Assembly (NCBI GenBank): GCA_002720275.1
Contig: PBHR01000001.1
Location: forward strand, 10,126 to 74,125
From: Methanobacteriota archaeon
Lineage (GTDB): Archaea; Thermoplasmatota; Poseidoniia; Poseidoniales; Poseidoniaceae
Direction: 5' to 3'
Length of the DNA: 64,000 nt
A program made the translations under genes and the position numbers. Each line of letters starts with the position of its first letter. Position 1 is the first letter of the stretch. This document shows, piece by piece, positions 39,663 to 48,454 of the stretch. The notes below the pieces were generated by a model. It searched no databases and had not been told where the DNA came from. It saw only the letters and a program-made list of their open reading frames with translations.

Positions 39663-40994
39663 TTAAGGGGTCACTCTTCTAGAATCTCGTGGAAATGGTA
39701 TTACTTCCCTAATGTGATCAGCTCCTGAAAGCCAACTACATACACGTTCAACTCCCATTCCGAAACCACCATGTGGAACTCCGCCATAACGTCTAATGTC
39801 TATGTAAAATTCATATGGTTCTCTCGGAGTTCCTTCTTCGTCTATTCTTTCTAGGATTTCTTTTTCAGACCAAGTTCTTTCTCCACCACCAATGATTTCT
39901 CCATACCCTTCAGGGGCTAATAAGTCATGACAAAGAACATATTTTTCATCATCAGGATCAGGTCTGTGATAAAATGGTTTAGCAATTTTTGGATAGTGTG
40001 TTAAGAAATGAGGAACATCAAAATCTTTTGTAAGTACCTTTTCTTTCGAATAATCTAAATCTTGTCCCCATTCAATCTCTACCCCCATTCCTTGCAGAGT
40101 TTCCACAGCTTCGTCATACCTCATTCTTGGATATGGTGAATCGGCATATCTTGAAATTAAGTTAAGATCTCTTCCTAGACTTTCTAATTCATCACTTCTT
40201 TCATTCAAAATTGTTTTTGCAATAGACCTTACTAGTGCTTCACCATGTTCCATTACTTCTTCATTTCCACCCCATGCTATCTCCATTTCAGCATGCCAAA
40301 ATTCGGTAAGGTGTCTCCTTGTTCTTGATTTCTCTGCTCTGAATGAAGGTGCAATCGTGTAAAGCCTTTCTAATGCGGGCATTGCTGCTTCTGCATATAA
40401 TTGCCATGATTGTGTAAGATACGCCTTTCTTCCAAAATATGGAACTTCAAAAAGTGTTGAACCACCTTCTACAGCCCCTGCGACAAATGATGGTGCTTGA
40501 TATTCAATAAAATCACGTTTTCTGAAATATTCGTGAATAGAACCAAAAATTGTTGAGCGTATTTTTAACATTGTAGTCATTCTACTTGTTCTAAGGTAAA
40601 GATGTCGATTATCTAGTAAGAATTCAGTTTCTCCTCCTTCTGTTTGTTCCATGGCAGATTCTGTAATTGGAAATGGATTTTGGGCATTTACAGCACCTAT
40701 AATCAAACCTGCGCTAATTGTTAATTCATGCCCGCCTGGTGCTCTATCATCAGATTTCACTAATCCTGTTAGTTTTACACTAGATTCAATTAGTGCATTC
40801 TTTAATGAGTCAAAATTTTCTTCATTCATGTCTGCTTTTTTAGCCACGCATTGAATTTCTCCTGTGGAATCTCTAATTGTCATAAATATTATTTTTCCAC
40901 TACTTCTGTGTCTTTTAATCCATCCCTGTAGTTCAATAACTTCACCAGTAAATGAACCTGATTGAATGTCTGAAATCCAAAGAGTCTTTGCCAT
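39663..40994 (-). CDS. asnS: Asparagine--tRNA ligase
   Basis: LDNRHLYLR, AVEGGSTLF, FRAEKSRTRRHLTEFWH, GEIIGGGER, PHGGFGMGVER. Confidence 0.9.
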   Translation of the reverse strand: MAKTLWISDIQSGSFTGEVIELQGWIKRHRSSGKIIFMTIRDSTGEIQCVAKKADMNEENFDSLKNALIESSVKLTGLVKSDDRAPGGHELTISAGLIIGAVNAQNPFPITESAMEQTEGGETEFLLDNRHLYLRTSRMTTMLKIRSTIFGSIHEYFRKRDFIEYQAPSFVAGAVEGGSTLFEVPYFGRKAYLTQSWQLYAEAAMPALERLYTIAPSFRAEKSRTRRHLTEFWHAEMEIAWGGNEEVMEHGEALVRSIAKTILNERSDELESLGRDLNLISRYADSPYPRMRYDEAVETLQGMGVEIEWGQDLDYSKEKVLTKDFDVPHFLTHYPKIAKPFYHRPDPDDEKYVLCHDLLAPEGYGEIIGGGERTWSEKEILERIDEEGTPREPYEFYIDIRRYGGVPHGGFGMGVERVCSWLSGADHIREVIPFPRDSRRVTP

Positions 40995-41126
40995 ACATCC
41001 GGTGCGAACTCAATCATTCATTTGAAACAGACGCATAAATGCTATTGGGACAAATATGCTAAATTTACAAATTAAATAGAAAAAGGTCAAGAGAGACTAT
41101 TCATTGAGGCATTCAAGGTAGAACGT

Positions 41127-42083
41127 ATGGCAGTTGTTGGTGTTGGTTCTGATTATTCTAAAAAATTAGCATTATATTCAATTGGAGGGAATGCGTTAAG
41201 TGATCCTTCAAAACCTAAGCATTTACAAGAAGATAAAGCTTTAAAATTAGTTTTAGAAGATGTAATTGATTTACTTGAGGCAGGCTTTAATGTTGTTTTA
41301 ACTCATGGAAATGGTCCTCAAGTTGGAGATTTATTGGCACTTGAAGAATCGGGAATAAATACGAAAAGAATTCGTACAGACTTGTCTACTTGGGTGGCTG
41401 CAACACAAGGGATGATTGGTCATGAACTATCTATGGAATTAGATTCTTTATTAGATCTAAAGTCTAGGCCCGAAAGAACAGCAGTTGTGTTAACAAGAGT
41501 CCTTGTAGATGAAAATGATTTTGCATTTGTTAAACCAACTAAGCCCGTTGGACCTGTGCTAGATGAAGAAAATATGACGATTAATGAATTAGATGTTGCA
41601 GAAACGGAAAAAGGTTTGCGAAGAGTGGTAGCATCACCTCATCCAATAGAAGTTTTAGACCTTGAAGTAATTTCAAAATTAGTTGAATTAGATGCTGTAG
41701 TAATTTGCGGTGGCGGTGGTGGAATTCCTATTGTAATTGATGGAACTTGGAAAGGAGTTCCTTCTGTAATCGATAAGGATAGATTTTCAGCATTATTGGC
41801 AATTAGTTTGGAGGCAGATGTATTCATAACATCCACTGCAGTAGATCAAATAGAAACAGGATTTGGAACTAAAAATTCAAAAAAACTTTCTGAAATAAAT
41901 TTGAATGAATTAAAAATGTTGCTTAAAAAGGGGGAATTTCCTGAAGGTTCAATGGGCCCTAAAGTTGAAGCAATGTTGTCTGTTGTTGAAAAATTAGAGA
42001 AAACTAAGGTTGTTTTATGTTCCCCGGGAAATGCATTAAAATCTCTTAGAGGAGATTCGGGAACTAATATTATTAGGGGATAA
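41127..42083 (+). CDS. arcC: Carbamate kinase
   Basis: IGGNAL, THGNGPQVG, TQGMIG, PTKPVGP, RRVVASP, GGGGIP, VIDKD, GSMGPK. Confidence 0.93.
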   Translation: MAVVGVGSDYSKKLALYSIGGNALSDPSKPKHLQEDKALKLVLEDVIDLLEAGFNVVLTHGNGPQVGDLLALEESGINTKRIRTDLSTWVAATQGMIGHELSMELDSLLDLKSRPERTAVVLTRVLVDENDFAFVKPTKPVGPVLDEENMTINELDVAETEKGLRRVVASPHPIEVLDLEVISKLVELDAVVICGGGGGIPIVIDGTWKGVPSVIDKDRFSALLAISLEADVFITSTAVDQIETGFGTKNSKKLSEINLNELKMLLKKGEFPEGSMGPKVEAMLSVVEKLEKTKVVLCSPGNALKSLRGDSGTNIIRG

Positions 42084-42112
42084 CCTAAAGAATCGTTTGT
42101 TTACGGATAAAT

Positions 42113-42186
42113 GGGCCTGTAGCTTAGTCAGGTAGAGCGACGGACTCTTAATCCGTAGGCCGCGGGTTCGAACCCCGTCAGGCCCG
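42113..42186 (+). tRNA. tRNA-Lys(CUU)
   Basis: GGGCCTG/CAGGCCC acceptor; ACGGA-CT CTT AA-TCCGT anticodon arm; GGTTCGAACCC; CCA not encoded. Confidence 0.96.
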
Positions 42187-42189
42187 TAT

Positions 42190-42882
42190 TTAATTTTCAA
42201 TAATCTCTAAACCGTTTAAACTCGCTAAAACTACTTTATTTGCGATATTGCAAAAAAGCCCACAATCTAAAACTCCTGCTAAACTATTCAAATTAGATTC
42301 TAATTTTTCTGGTTCTTCTATTTTTTCAAGATGTAAATCTAAAATATAATTACCATTATCTGTGATAAAAGTTTTATCATTTGTAATTCTTTTAATTATT
42401 TTCGATTCTGAGATACCAGTAATTTTTGAAATTTGTCTTCTTGTTTCTTTCCAAGAGAATTGAATTACTTCTACTGGTAGTGGGAATTTCCCTAGTGTGT
42501 CTACTTTTTTTGAATCATCAGCAACAACAATCATTTTTTCTGATGCTTGGGCGATTATCTTTTCACGTACAAGTGCACCGCCACCTCCTTTAATTAAAGT
42601 CAACTCTTTATTAAATTCATCAGCACCGTCAATTACAAGATCTAAACCTTCTAATGAAGACAACTCATAAAGTTTAATACCTTGTTCTATAGATAATTTT
42701 TCAGTAGCGATACTTGTCGGAACACAACTAATTTCCAATTTTTCTTCACGGATTCTTCGCCCTAATTCTAGGATTGTATATTTTACTGTTGAACCCGTCC
42801 CTAATCCCACTTTCATTCCATTTTTTACATAAGTAGAAGCATGGATTCCTGCCGCTTTTTTTAGCTCTTCTTTACTGTTCAC
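42190..42882 (-). CDS. rpiA: Ribose-5-phosphate isomerase A
   Basis: GLGTGST, DGADE, KGGGGALVREK, TDNGNYILD. Confidence 0.97.
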   Translation of the reverse strand: MNSKEELKKAAGIHASTYVKNGMKVGLGTGSTVKYTILELGRRIREEKLEISCVPTSIATEKLSIEQGIKLYELSSLEGLDLVIDGADEFNKELTLIKGGGGALVREKIIAQASEKMIVVADDSKKVDTLGKFPLPVEVIQFSWKETRRQISKITGISESKIIKRITNDKTFITDNGNYILDLHLEKIEEPEKLESNLNSLAGVLDCGLFCNIANKVVLASLNGLEIIEN

Positions 42883-42924
42883 AAGTAGTCGGAGTGGAAC
42901 TCAGATGATATTAATTACTAATTT

Positions 42925-42960
42925 CGGCCCCGTAGGGGCCGTGAAAGGTTTGACAAACCT
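42925..42960. promoter_or_regulatory. Two adjacent inverted repeats in a divergent promoter region
   Basis: CGGCCCC-GTA-GGGGCCG (42925-42941) and AGGTTTG-A-CAAACCT (42946-42960). Confidence 0.55.
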
Positions 42961-42979
42961 CCATTAATGTCGAGGCATT

Positions 42980-45900
42980 ATGGCGAGGGAGTCATGGACT
43001 AGGAATTTTTTAGCAATCTCCCTTATTTTTTTGGTATTTTTCAGTCCTTTTTCGGGTATTCTTTATTTTGAAGATGAACTAGAATCGGGTTTAAATGTAA
43101 CAAAAAATACATCTGTTGGTAGTAGTGAAGTAGTAAAAATAAATAATTTCCCTAGTGGTTATTCTGAGGATTTTTCAATTTCAATTCCCGAAAATAATGC
43201 ATTGGACCTTTTAGAATTTGATTTAGAGCCACTTGTAGACATTTCCTCAGATCATATTCATTGGGAATCCCAGAATCATTGGACTAATTCATGGGCGGAA
43301 CTTGAAAATGTTGATTATAACAAGTCAGGGTTAAGAATTAATTCACCACCGCCTTCTTGGGATTTTGAATTATTTAACCATGGGTGGACTTTAGATGCTG
43401 CAGGAGGTTGGGCTTGGGGTGTTGATTCTGTTGGTGCTCATGGTGGTTCAAAAGCAATATACACATATTTAGGCCAATACCCAAATCAAATGTCTACAAC
43501 CTATTATGCTACGTCTCCAAGCATAGATTGCTCTTCTTGTAGTGGTGGTTGGAGTGTCAATTTTTGGAAATTATTGGGGGTCGAGAGTAGTTCTTGGGAT
43601 CATGCATATTTTCAAGTGAAGGGTCCTAATGGATGGAATACGATTTGGGAAAATTCTGGTACAATAATTGATAGCAGTTATTCTTTACAGTCCCATAGAG
43701 TTGATTCTTATATTGCAGGAAATAGCGATTTTAAAATTCGTTTTGGATTAGGTCCAACTGATTTTAGTGTTACATATGATGGTTGGAATATTGATGATGT
43801 TTCGATTACTCCAGTACCTGGTTCAGGTAATGGTGCAGCAAAAGTTGAAGGTTCAGGGGATGCTAATTGGACATCACCCACTATTGGCTCAGGGCAATTT
43901 CATTCTACTCGTTCGGGACCCTATGGTTTACTGAATATTTTGGCCGAAACCCCAGAAAATACCGGATTAGATTGGACAATCATTGATTCACAAACAAACC
44001 TTCCAATAACTGGTTACGAAAAAAGAGTTGAATTGTTTTCCGATTTAGGTAGAATTGATTGGTTAAAGCACCCAAGTATTAGAATTAAAGTACACTTGTG
44101 GAGTCAAAATCCTTCTTCACCTATAATTCAATCAATTTCATTAGGTAATCAGTGGGATTTTGACTTTAATCAAGATCCGGGTGAGATGGGTTGGACTGGA
44201 ATTGGAAATTGGATTCCTGGTGAATATCAAGGTTCAGGAGATCTTGAATTCCCTGAAATTCATTCTACAAGGCCGATGCTGTCTGTCGATTTAGAAATAG
44301 ATGTTTCTGGAAACGGTCAATTGCAAATGTCAGAAGGATTTGGAGATTGGAAAAATATTTCACCTATTGGTGTTGTTAATTTGGATAATTATTCAAAAAT
44401 GATTAGATTAAGATGGCTTTCAGATTCTGGCACGTGGTCATTTAGCTCATTAAAAATTGAATTTATGACAGGTATTTTACCACTTCATCCCTCTTTAGAT
44501 ATTCGTAGAGATGGAGAAGAAGAATGGAATTTATCTGAGTCTGAAATAGGTTTTTGGGGTTCTCAGGATAGATGGTCTGACGGTTCTGTTTCCCAACTTG
44601 TTACTTTGTCAACAGGTTCTCCGAAATATATTGATTTTTGGATTCCTTCAAATGTAGTTGAAGGGTTTTGTATGGATTTGACTCCCGAAAACGGTGAAAT
44701 TTCTGAATTAGATGTAGAAATAAGATTAGGATCTACTGCGGTTTATCAAAATTATATTAATGAATTTAATGGAATTTTTAGATTTTGTCTATCCGATGTG
44801 CAGATTGATAATTTAAATGAAAACATTTCAACAAATACGAATGTTTGGAGTAGCAAAGGTCAAAATTTTGTTTCTGCAAAATTAAAATTAACTGGTAGCT
44901 CTCAAAGAATTTTAATTAATGCATTAGACATCTTATATCATCCAAAACTTGAGTTTAGAGAGTATTCAGATTCATCAATTATTTCCGCAATAAATGATTA
45001 TTCATCAAATTCGCCCGTTAATTCTGGAAATTATGACGTGCCTATTCCCTTATTTTCAGTGGTTGAATCTTCTTATCTTGTTACTTTAATCGGTCAACAT
45101 TCAACATCTGGTCTTTTAACAGAAGAAACAATTTTAATTAATTCTACTGAGCCATTAGTTTCATCAGAAAAATGGCTTGAAATAGAATCTAAACATTCAG
45201 TATCTTATGGAGAAATAAAATCTGTAGAATATGAATTTAATTCTGATTTTTCTAAAATTATTTTCAATTTCCCAATCAACAAAGATCCTTATTTTGTTGA
45301 GGGAGATTATGACTTGATAGAATTAAACAACCATCCTTTTGAATATATTGAGGGGGTGGAAAACATTTCAAAATTTAATTTTAGAATTAAACCTATTTGG
45401 GATGATGATTTAAATCTAGAAATTAAGGTTAGACTAGTTAGGGATGATGGTGTAAAAAGTATCCCAGAGATATTAAAAATAGGATTTAATGGGGCTAAAT
45501 CAGTCGAAAATGACGTAGAAATCAAATCCTGGTCAGTACTTAATGACTTAGGAGAAGAAATACCTTTTGGTATGCCCTATCTTAAATCTGGTTCAGATGT
45601 CGTGATTGAAGTGAATGTTGGATTTGAAGATTTTATTACAAACTCTCATTTCCCAAAATCTGGAGATTTAGAAATTATAGTTATGGAAAACGATTTCGAA
45701 ATAGCTAGGAGCAGTAATTTTACCGAGGGTAAAGTTAGTTTTATCCGTTCAATACCTTTTGGACCTGGAAATTTGACTTATGAAATTAAACTCAATCCTT
45801 TGTATTCTCAACTAGATGTTACAGATATTGTTGTAAATAGAACATTTACTGCTGATTCATTAGCGCCACAATTAATTTCAAGTACGCTAGAAAGATATGA

Positions 45901-48091
45901 TCACCGTCACCCCTCTAAAAATCAAATACTTGCCTTTGATGTTTTTGACAGGCCTGTTTTACCAAATGCCTTGAAAATTAATTTATGGAGGGAATGGGTT
46001 GATGATATTGATCAAGATGGCCAACCTTCATTAGAAGAATATTGGTCTAATACGATGTTTAGTCCCGCAAATCTTTCATCCTCTTTTGGAAGGTATACTT
46101 ATGTTTTAGATGATTCTGAAGCTCCAGTTGGAAGTTTAGTTTATGGATTCATAAGTGGTTCTGATTCAGCAGGAAATATATTAGTTGGCGGAGGAGGGGG
46201 GACTTTAGGTGATGAATTATTTGTTTATCAAGTAAAATCTGACGGCTCACCTCAGATTTTACCCGGAGAAATCACATGGAATAATTCAGGGGTGATGTGG
46301 TTAAACCCTGATGTAGAGTATGAATTGAATTTGCCATTTAATGAGCCAAATGGCATTAGTGATATAGATTATGTGATTTTTGATTTGGCAGAATTTACAG
46401 ATGCAGAGGGTATGAGGGTTGTATGGAATTCTTCAGAATCAAGATGTGAATCAAATGGTTACAACTTAGTAATCTTATCTTGTAATATTTATTCCAGAAA
46501 TTCATATTTCGGCCCATTTAATAGTGAATTGGAATTTAGAATTAAATTTAAAATAAAATGGAGTTATTTAGTGGACGAATCATATATACACGAACCTTCT
46601 ATAGAAATTATTGATAGGGCGGGTTATAGTTCAATAATGACTCTTCCACAGTTAAGGTGGAGGTTTTCAAATCAAATCTGGATTGACTCTAATGACTTAG
46701 AATTAACTACTGAAATAGGCTCAAAAATCGACAATAATGTTTATGTTTTACCAGATAATATGATTGGAATAAGAGGATCATTTTCATTTTCAAGGACTGG
46801 AAACCAAGTTTTAACACCCATTAACGTTGAAATGGCAATTGGATTTAATAAACAGACTAATTTTACCACTGAGGGTTACTTTTTCTTTGAATTAAATACA
46901 CCCACATTACCTGGTAATTATCCACTTTCAATAAATTTAGTTGATTTAAATAAAGAAATATTCGATACAAATAATATGTTGACGACTTGGATTGTTGTTG
47001 ATAATCAAGCACCAAAAATAGAGCAAATAAGTTCTCCTCGACCGGATATTTCGTTATCTAGAGAAGAAATCGAAAATTTAGTAATTGATTTTAAAATTAA
47101 AGAAACAATAAAATTAATTCCGGATTCGATAGTTGTTCATTGGTCCATTAATTCAGTAGGTGAAAACCCAGGAGCTTATTTGATTTCTGACGTAATTGAG
47201 GATTTAGATATCGAAGATCCAATTGCTGGTAGCTATTCAATCTCTGTATTATTCCAACTTAATGAGAGACTTAATGACTTACCCATAGATGAGGAATTAA
47301 TCTTCAATATCTGGATTGAAGGTTCTGATGCATCTGGTAATCTTATTTCTGATGAAGATAATAGTGAATATGCCCCATTTGAATCTTGGTTAATTTTACC
47401 TTATCAGCCAATGTTAGTAATTAGTGACATTACATATTCTAAATATGGTGGTATCTCTGTTGGCGATCCAATAAAGGTAGTTGTTACCGTTGAAAATAAT
47501 GGGAATGCAGATGCTGAGACAAATCTAACTGTTTTTATTAAGGCTGCAGATGGAGAATACATGATTTCTAGGGAACCAATAATTGTAAACGTTAATTCTA
47601 AATCATCAGTCGCTCTTGATTGGGCACCTAGTGAAACTGGGGTTCAGTGGATAGAAGTTCGTTGGAATGATGAATACCTTGGGGAAGGATCATTAGTTTC
47701 AGTTTTAGAACCGGAAAGCTCCTTATTTTCCAGTGTGGGTGGTTCTACTACTATTTTTGCTGGAATCTTTATATTAATAATCATCACGATATCTTTGTTA
47801 TTTATCTTGTATAGTGGAGAAGATGAGTATTTTGAAGAATATTATGAAGAAGAAGATGATGAAGAAATTTTAATTCCAGAAACAAAAATAGAAATCTCAA
47901 AACTTCCTCCTTTACCTCCACCTCCAAACATTAATCCTGTACTTAGTAACCCTGAGCCTATAATAAAACCACCTTCAGTAGAAAATAATATTTCAGTTAG
48001 GCAATGGACTGATGAAAAAGGGTATACTTGGAGGATTGAAGGCAATAATCCTGCTAAATGGTGGGATGGTAAAACATGGAAAGAAGTTTAA
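42980..48091 (+). CDS. Giant (1703 aa) surface protein with jelly-roll/Ig-like domains, CARDB, TM and a Pro/Trp-rich cytoplasmic tail
   Basis: Signal peptide; 'SPSIDCSSC...GWNIDDVSI' domain; 'VGDPIKVVVTVENNG' CARDB; TM; acidic stretch, PPLPPPP, RQWTDEKGYTWR..WWDG..W. Confidence 0.85.
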   Translation: MARESWTRNFLAISLIFLVFFSPFSGILYFEDELESGLNVTKNTSVGSSEVVKINNFPSGYSEDFSISIPENNALDLLEFDLEPLVDISSDHIHWESQNHWTNSWAELENVDYNKSGLRINSPPPSWDFELFNHGWTLDAAGGWAWGVDSVGAHGGSKAIYTYLGQYPNQMSTTYYATSPSIDCSSCSGGWSVNFWKLLGVESSSWDHAYFQVKGPNGWNTIWENSGTIIDSSYSLQSHRVDSYIAGNSDFKIRFGLGPTDFSVTYDGWNIDDVSITPVPGSGNGAAKVEGSGDANWTSPTIGSGQFHSTRSGPYGLLNILAETPENTGLDWTIIDSQTNLPITGYEKRVELFSDLGRIDWLKHPSIRIKVHLWSQNPSSPIIQSISLGNQWDFDFNQDPGEMGWTGIGNWIPGEYQGSGDLEFPEIHSTRPMLSVDLEIDVSGNGQLQMSEGFGDWKNISPIGVVNLDNYSKMIRLRWLSDSGTWSFSSLKIEFMTGILPLHPSLDIRRDGEEEWNLSESEIGFWGSQDRWSDGSVSQLVTLSTGSPKYIDFWIPSNVVEGFCMDLTPENGEISELDVEIRLGSTAVYQNYINEFNGIFRFCLSDVQIDNLNENISTNTNVWSSKGQNFVSAKLKLTGSSQRILINALDILYHPKLEFREYSDSSIISAINDYSSNSPVNSGNYDVPIPLFSVVESSYLVTLIGQHSTSGLLTEETILINSTEPLVSSEKWLEIESKHSVSYGEIKSVEYEFNSDFSKIIFNFPINKDPYFVEGDYDLIELNNHPFEYIEGVENISKFNFRIKPIWDDDLNLEIKVRLVRDDGVKSIPEILKIGFNGAKSVENDVEIKSWSVLNDLGEEIPFGMPYLKSGSDVVIEVNVGFEDFITNSHFPKSGDLEIIVMENDFEIARSSNFTEGKVSFIRSIPFGPGNLTYEIKLNPLYSQLDVTDIVVNRTFTADSLAPQLISSTLERYDHRHPSKNQILAFDVFDRPVLPNALKINLWREWVDDIDQDGQPSLEEYWSNTMFSPANLSSSFGRYTYVLDDSEAPVGSLVYGFISGSDSAGNILVGGGGGTLGDELFVYQVKSDGSPQILPGEITWNNSGVMWLNPDVEYELNLPFNEPNGISDIDYVIFDLAEFTDAEGMRVVWNSSESRCESNGYNLVILSCNIYSRNSYFGPFNSELEFRIKFKIKWSYLVDESYIHEPSIEIIDRAGYSSIMTLPQLRWRFSNQIWIDSNDLELTTEIGSKIDNNVYVLPDNMIGIRGSFSFSRTGNQVLTPINVEMAIGFNKQTNFTTEGYFFFELNTPTLPGNYPLSINLVDLNKEIFDTNNMLTTWIVVDNQAPKIEQISSPRPDISLSREEIENLVIDFKIKETIKLIPDSIVVHWSINSVGENPGAYLISDVIEDLDIEDPIAGSYSISVLFQLNERLNDLPIDEELIFNIWIEGSDASGNLISDEDNSEYAPFESWLILPYQPMLVISDITYSKYGGISVGDPIKVVVTVENNGNADAETNLTVFIKAADGEYMISREPIIVNVNSKSSVALDWAPSETGVQWIEVRWNDEYLGEGSLVSVLEPESSLFSSVGGSTTIFAGIFILIIITISLLFILYSGEDEYFEEYYEEEDDEEILIPETKIEISKLPPLPPPPNINPVLSNPEPIIKPPSVENNISVRQWTDEKGYTWRIEGNNPAKWWDGKTWKEV

Positions 48092-48093
48092 TG

Positions 48094-48394
48094 TTGAGGG
48101 AGTGAAGAGTAAGCCCCTTTTTGTTCACCTTTCGGTTGACCGCATTCAACTATGCGTCCTACCCTTCCCTAAGCGTGCAACCTCTACGGGATTTTTTGGA
48201 CTTGCTCCAATGAGGATATTCGTTTCAGCAATTATTGAGCAATCTCCTCTTTTCAGATTCATCGTTAACACCCATAATCGTTCGTTTCTACTATATTGCC
48301 AGCCATTCCTGACTCCATTTCTGGTCATCTCGCACTATGGAGAGGGGACTTTCCTCAGGGTCTAACCCTGTCAGCGGTCCTTCCACTCCCTCAA
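48094..48394 (-). ncRNA. rnpB: RNase P RNA (archaeal type A)
   Basis: Minus strand reads TTGAGGGAGTG..GACCGC..CAGGGTTAGACCCTGAGGAAAGTCCCCT...AGAAAC...TGAAAC...GCGGTC..AACAAAAAGGGGCTTA..CACTCCCTCAA. P1-P4 pairings and the conserved GAGGAAAGUCC / AAC-N-GGCUUA cores are present. Confidence 0.95.
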
Positions 48395-48454
48395 ATTTCG
48401 TCACAAGTATTACTTTTTGAACTTCACGGTAATGCTTTTTTTAATTCTAATCCT

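Noticed and set aside
39663..40994. Non-discriminating AspRS
   Set aside because: The RRHLTEFWH and GEIIGG motifs fit AsnRS better.
48012..48365. ORFs 48012..48365(+) and 48146..48328(-)
   Set aside because: They overlap the RNase P RNA and are chance open frames.
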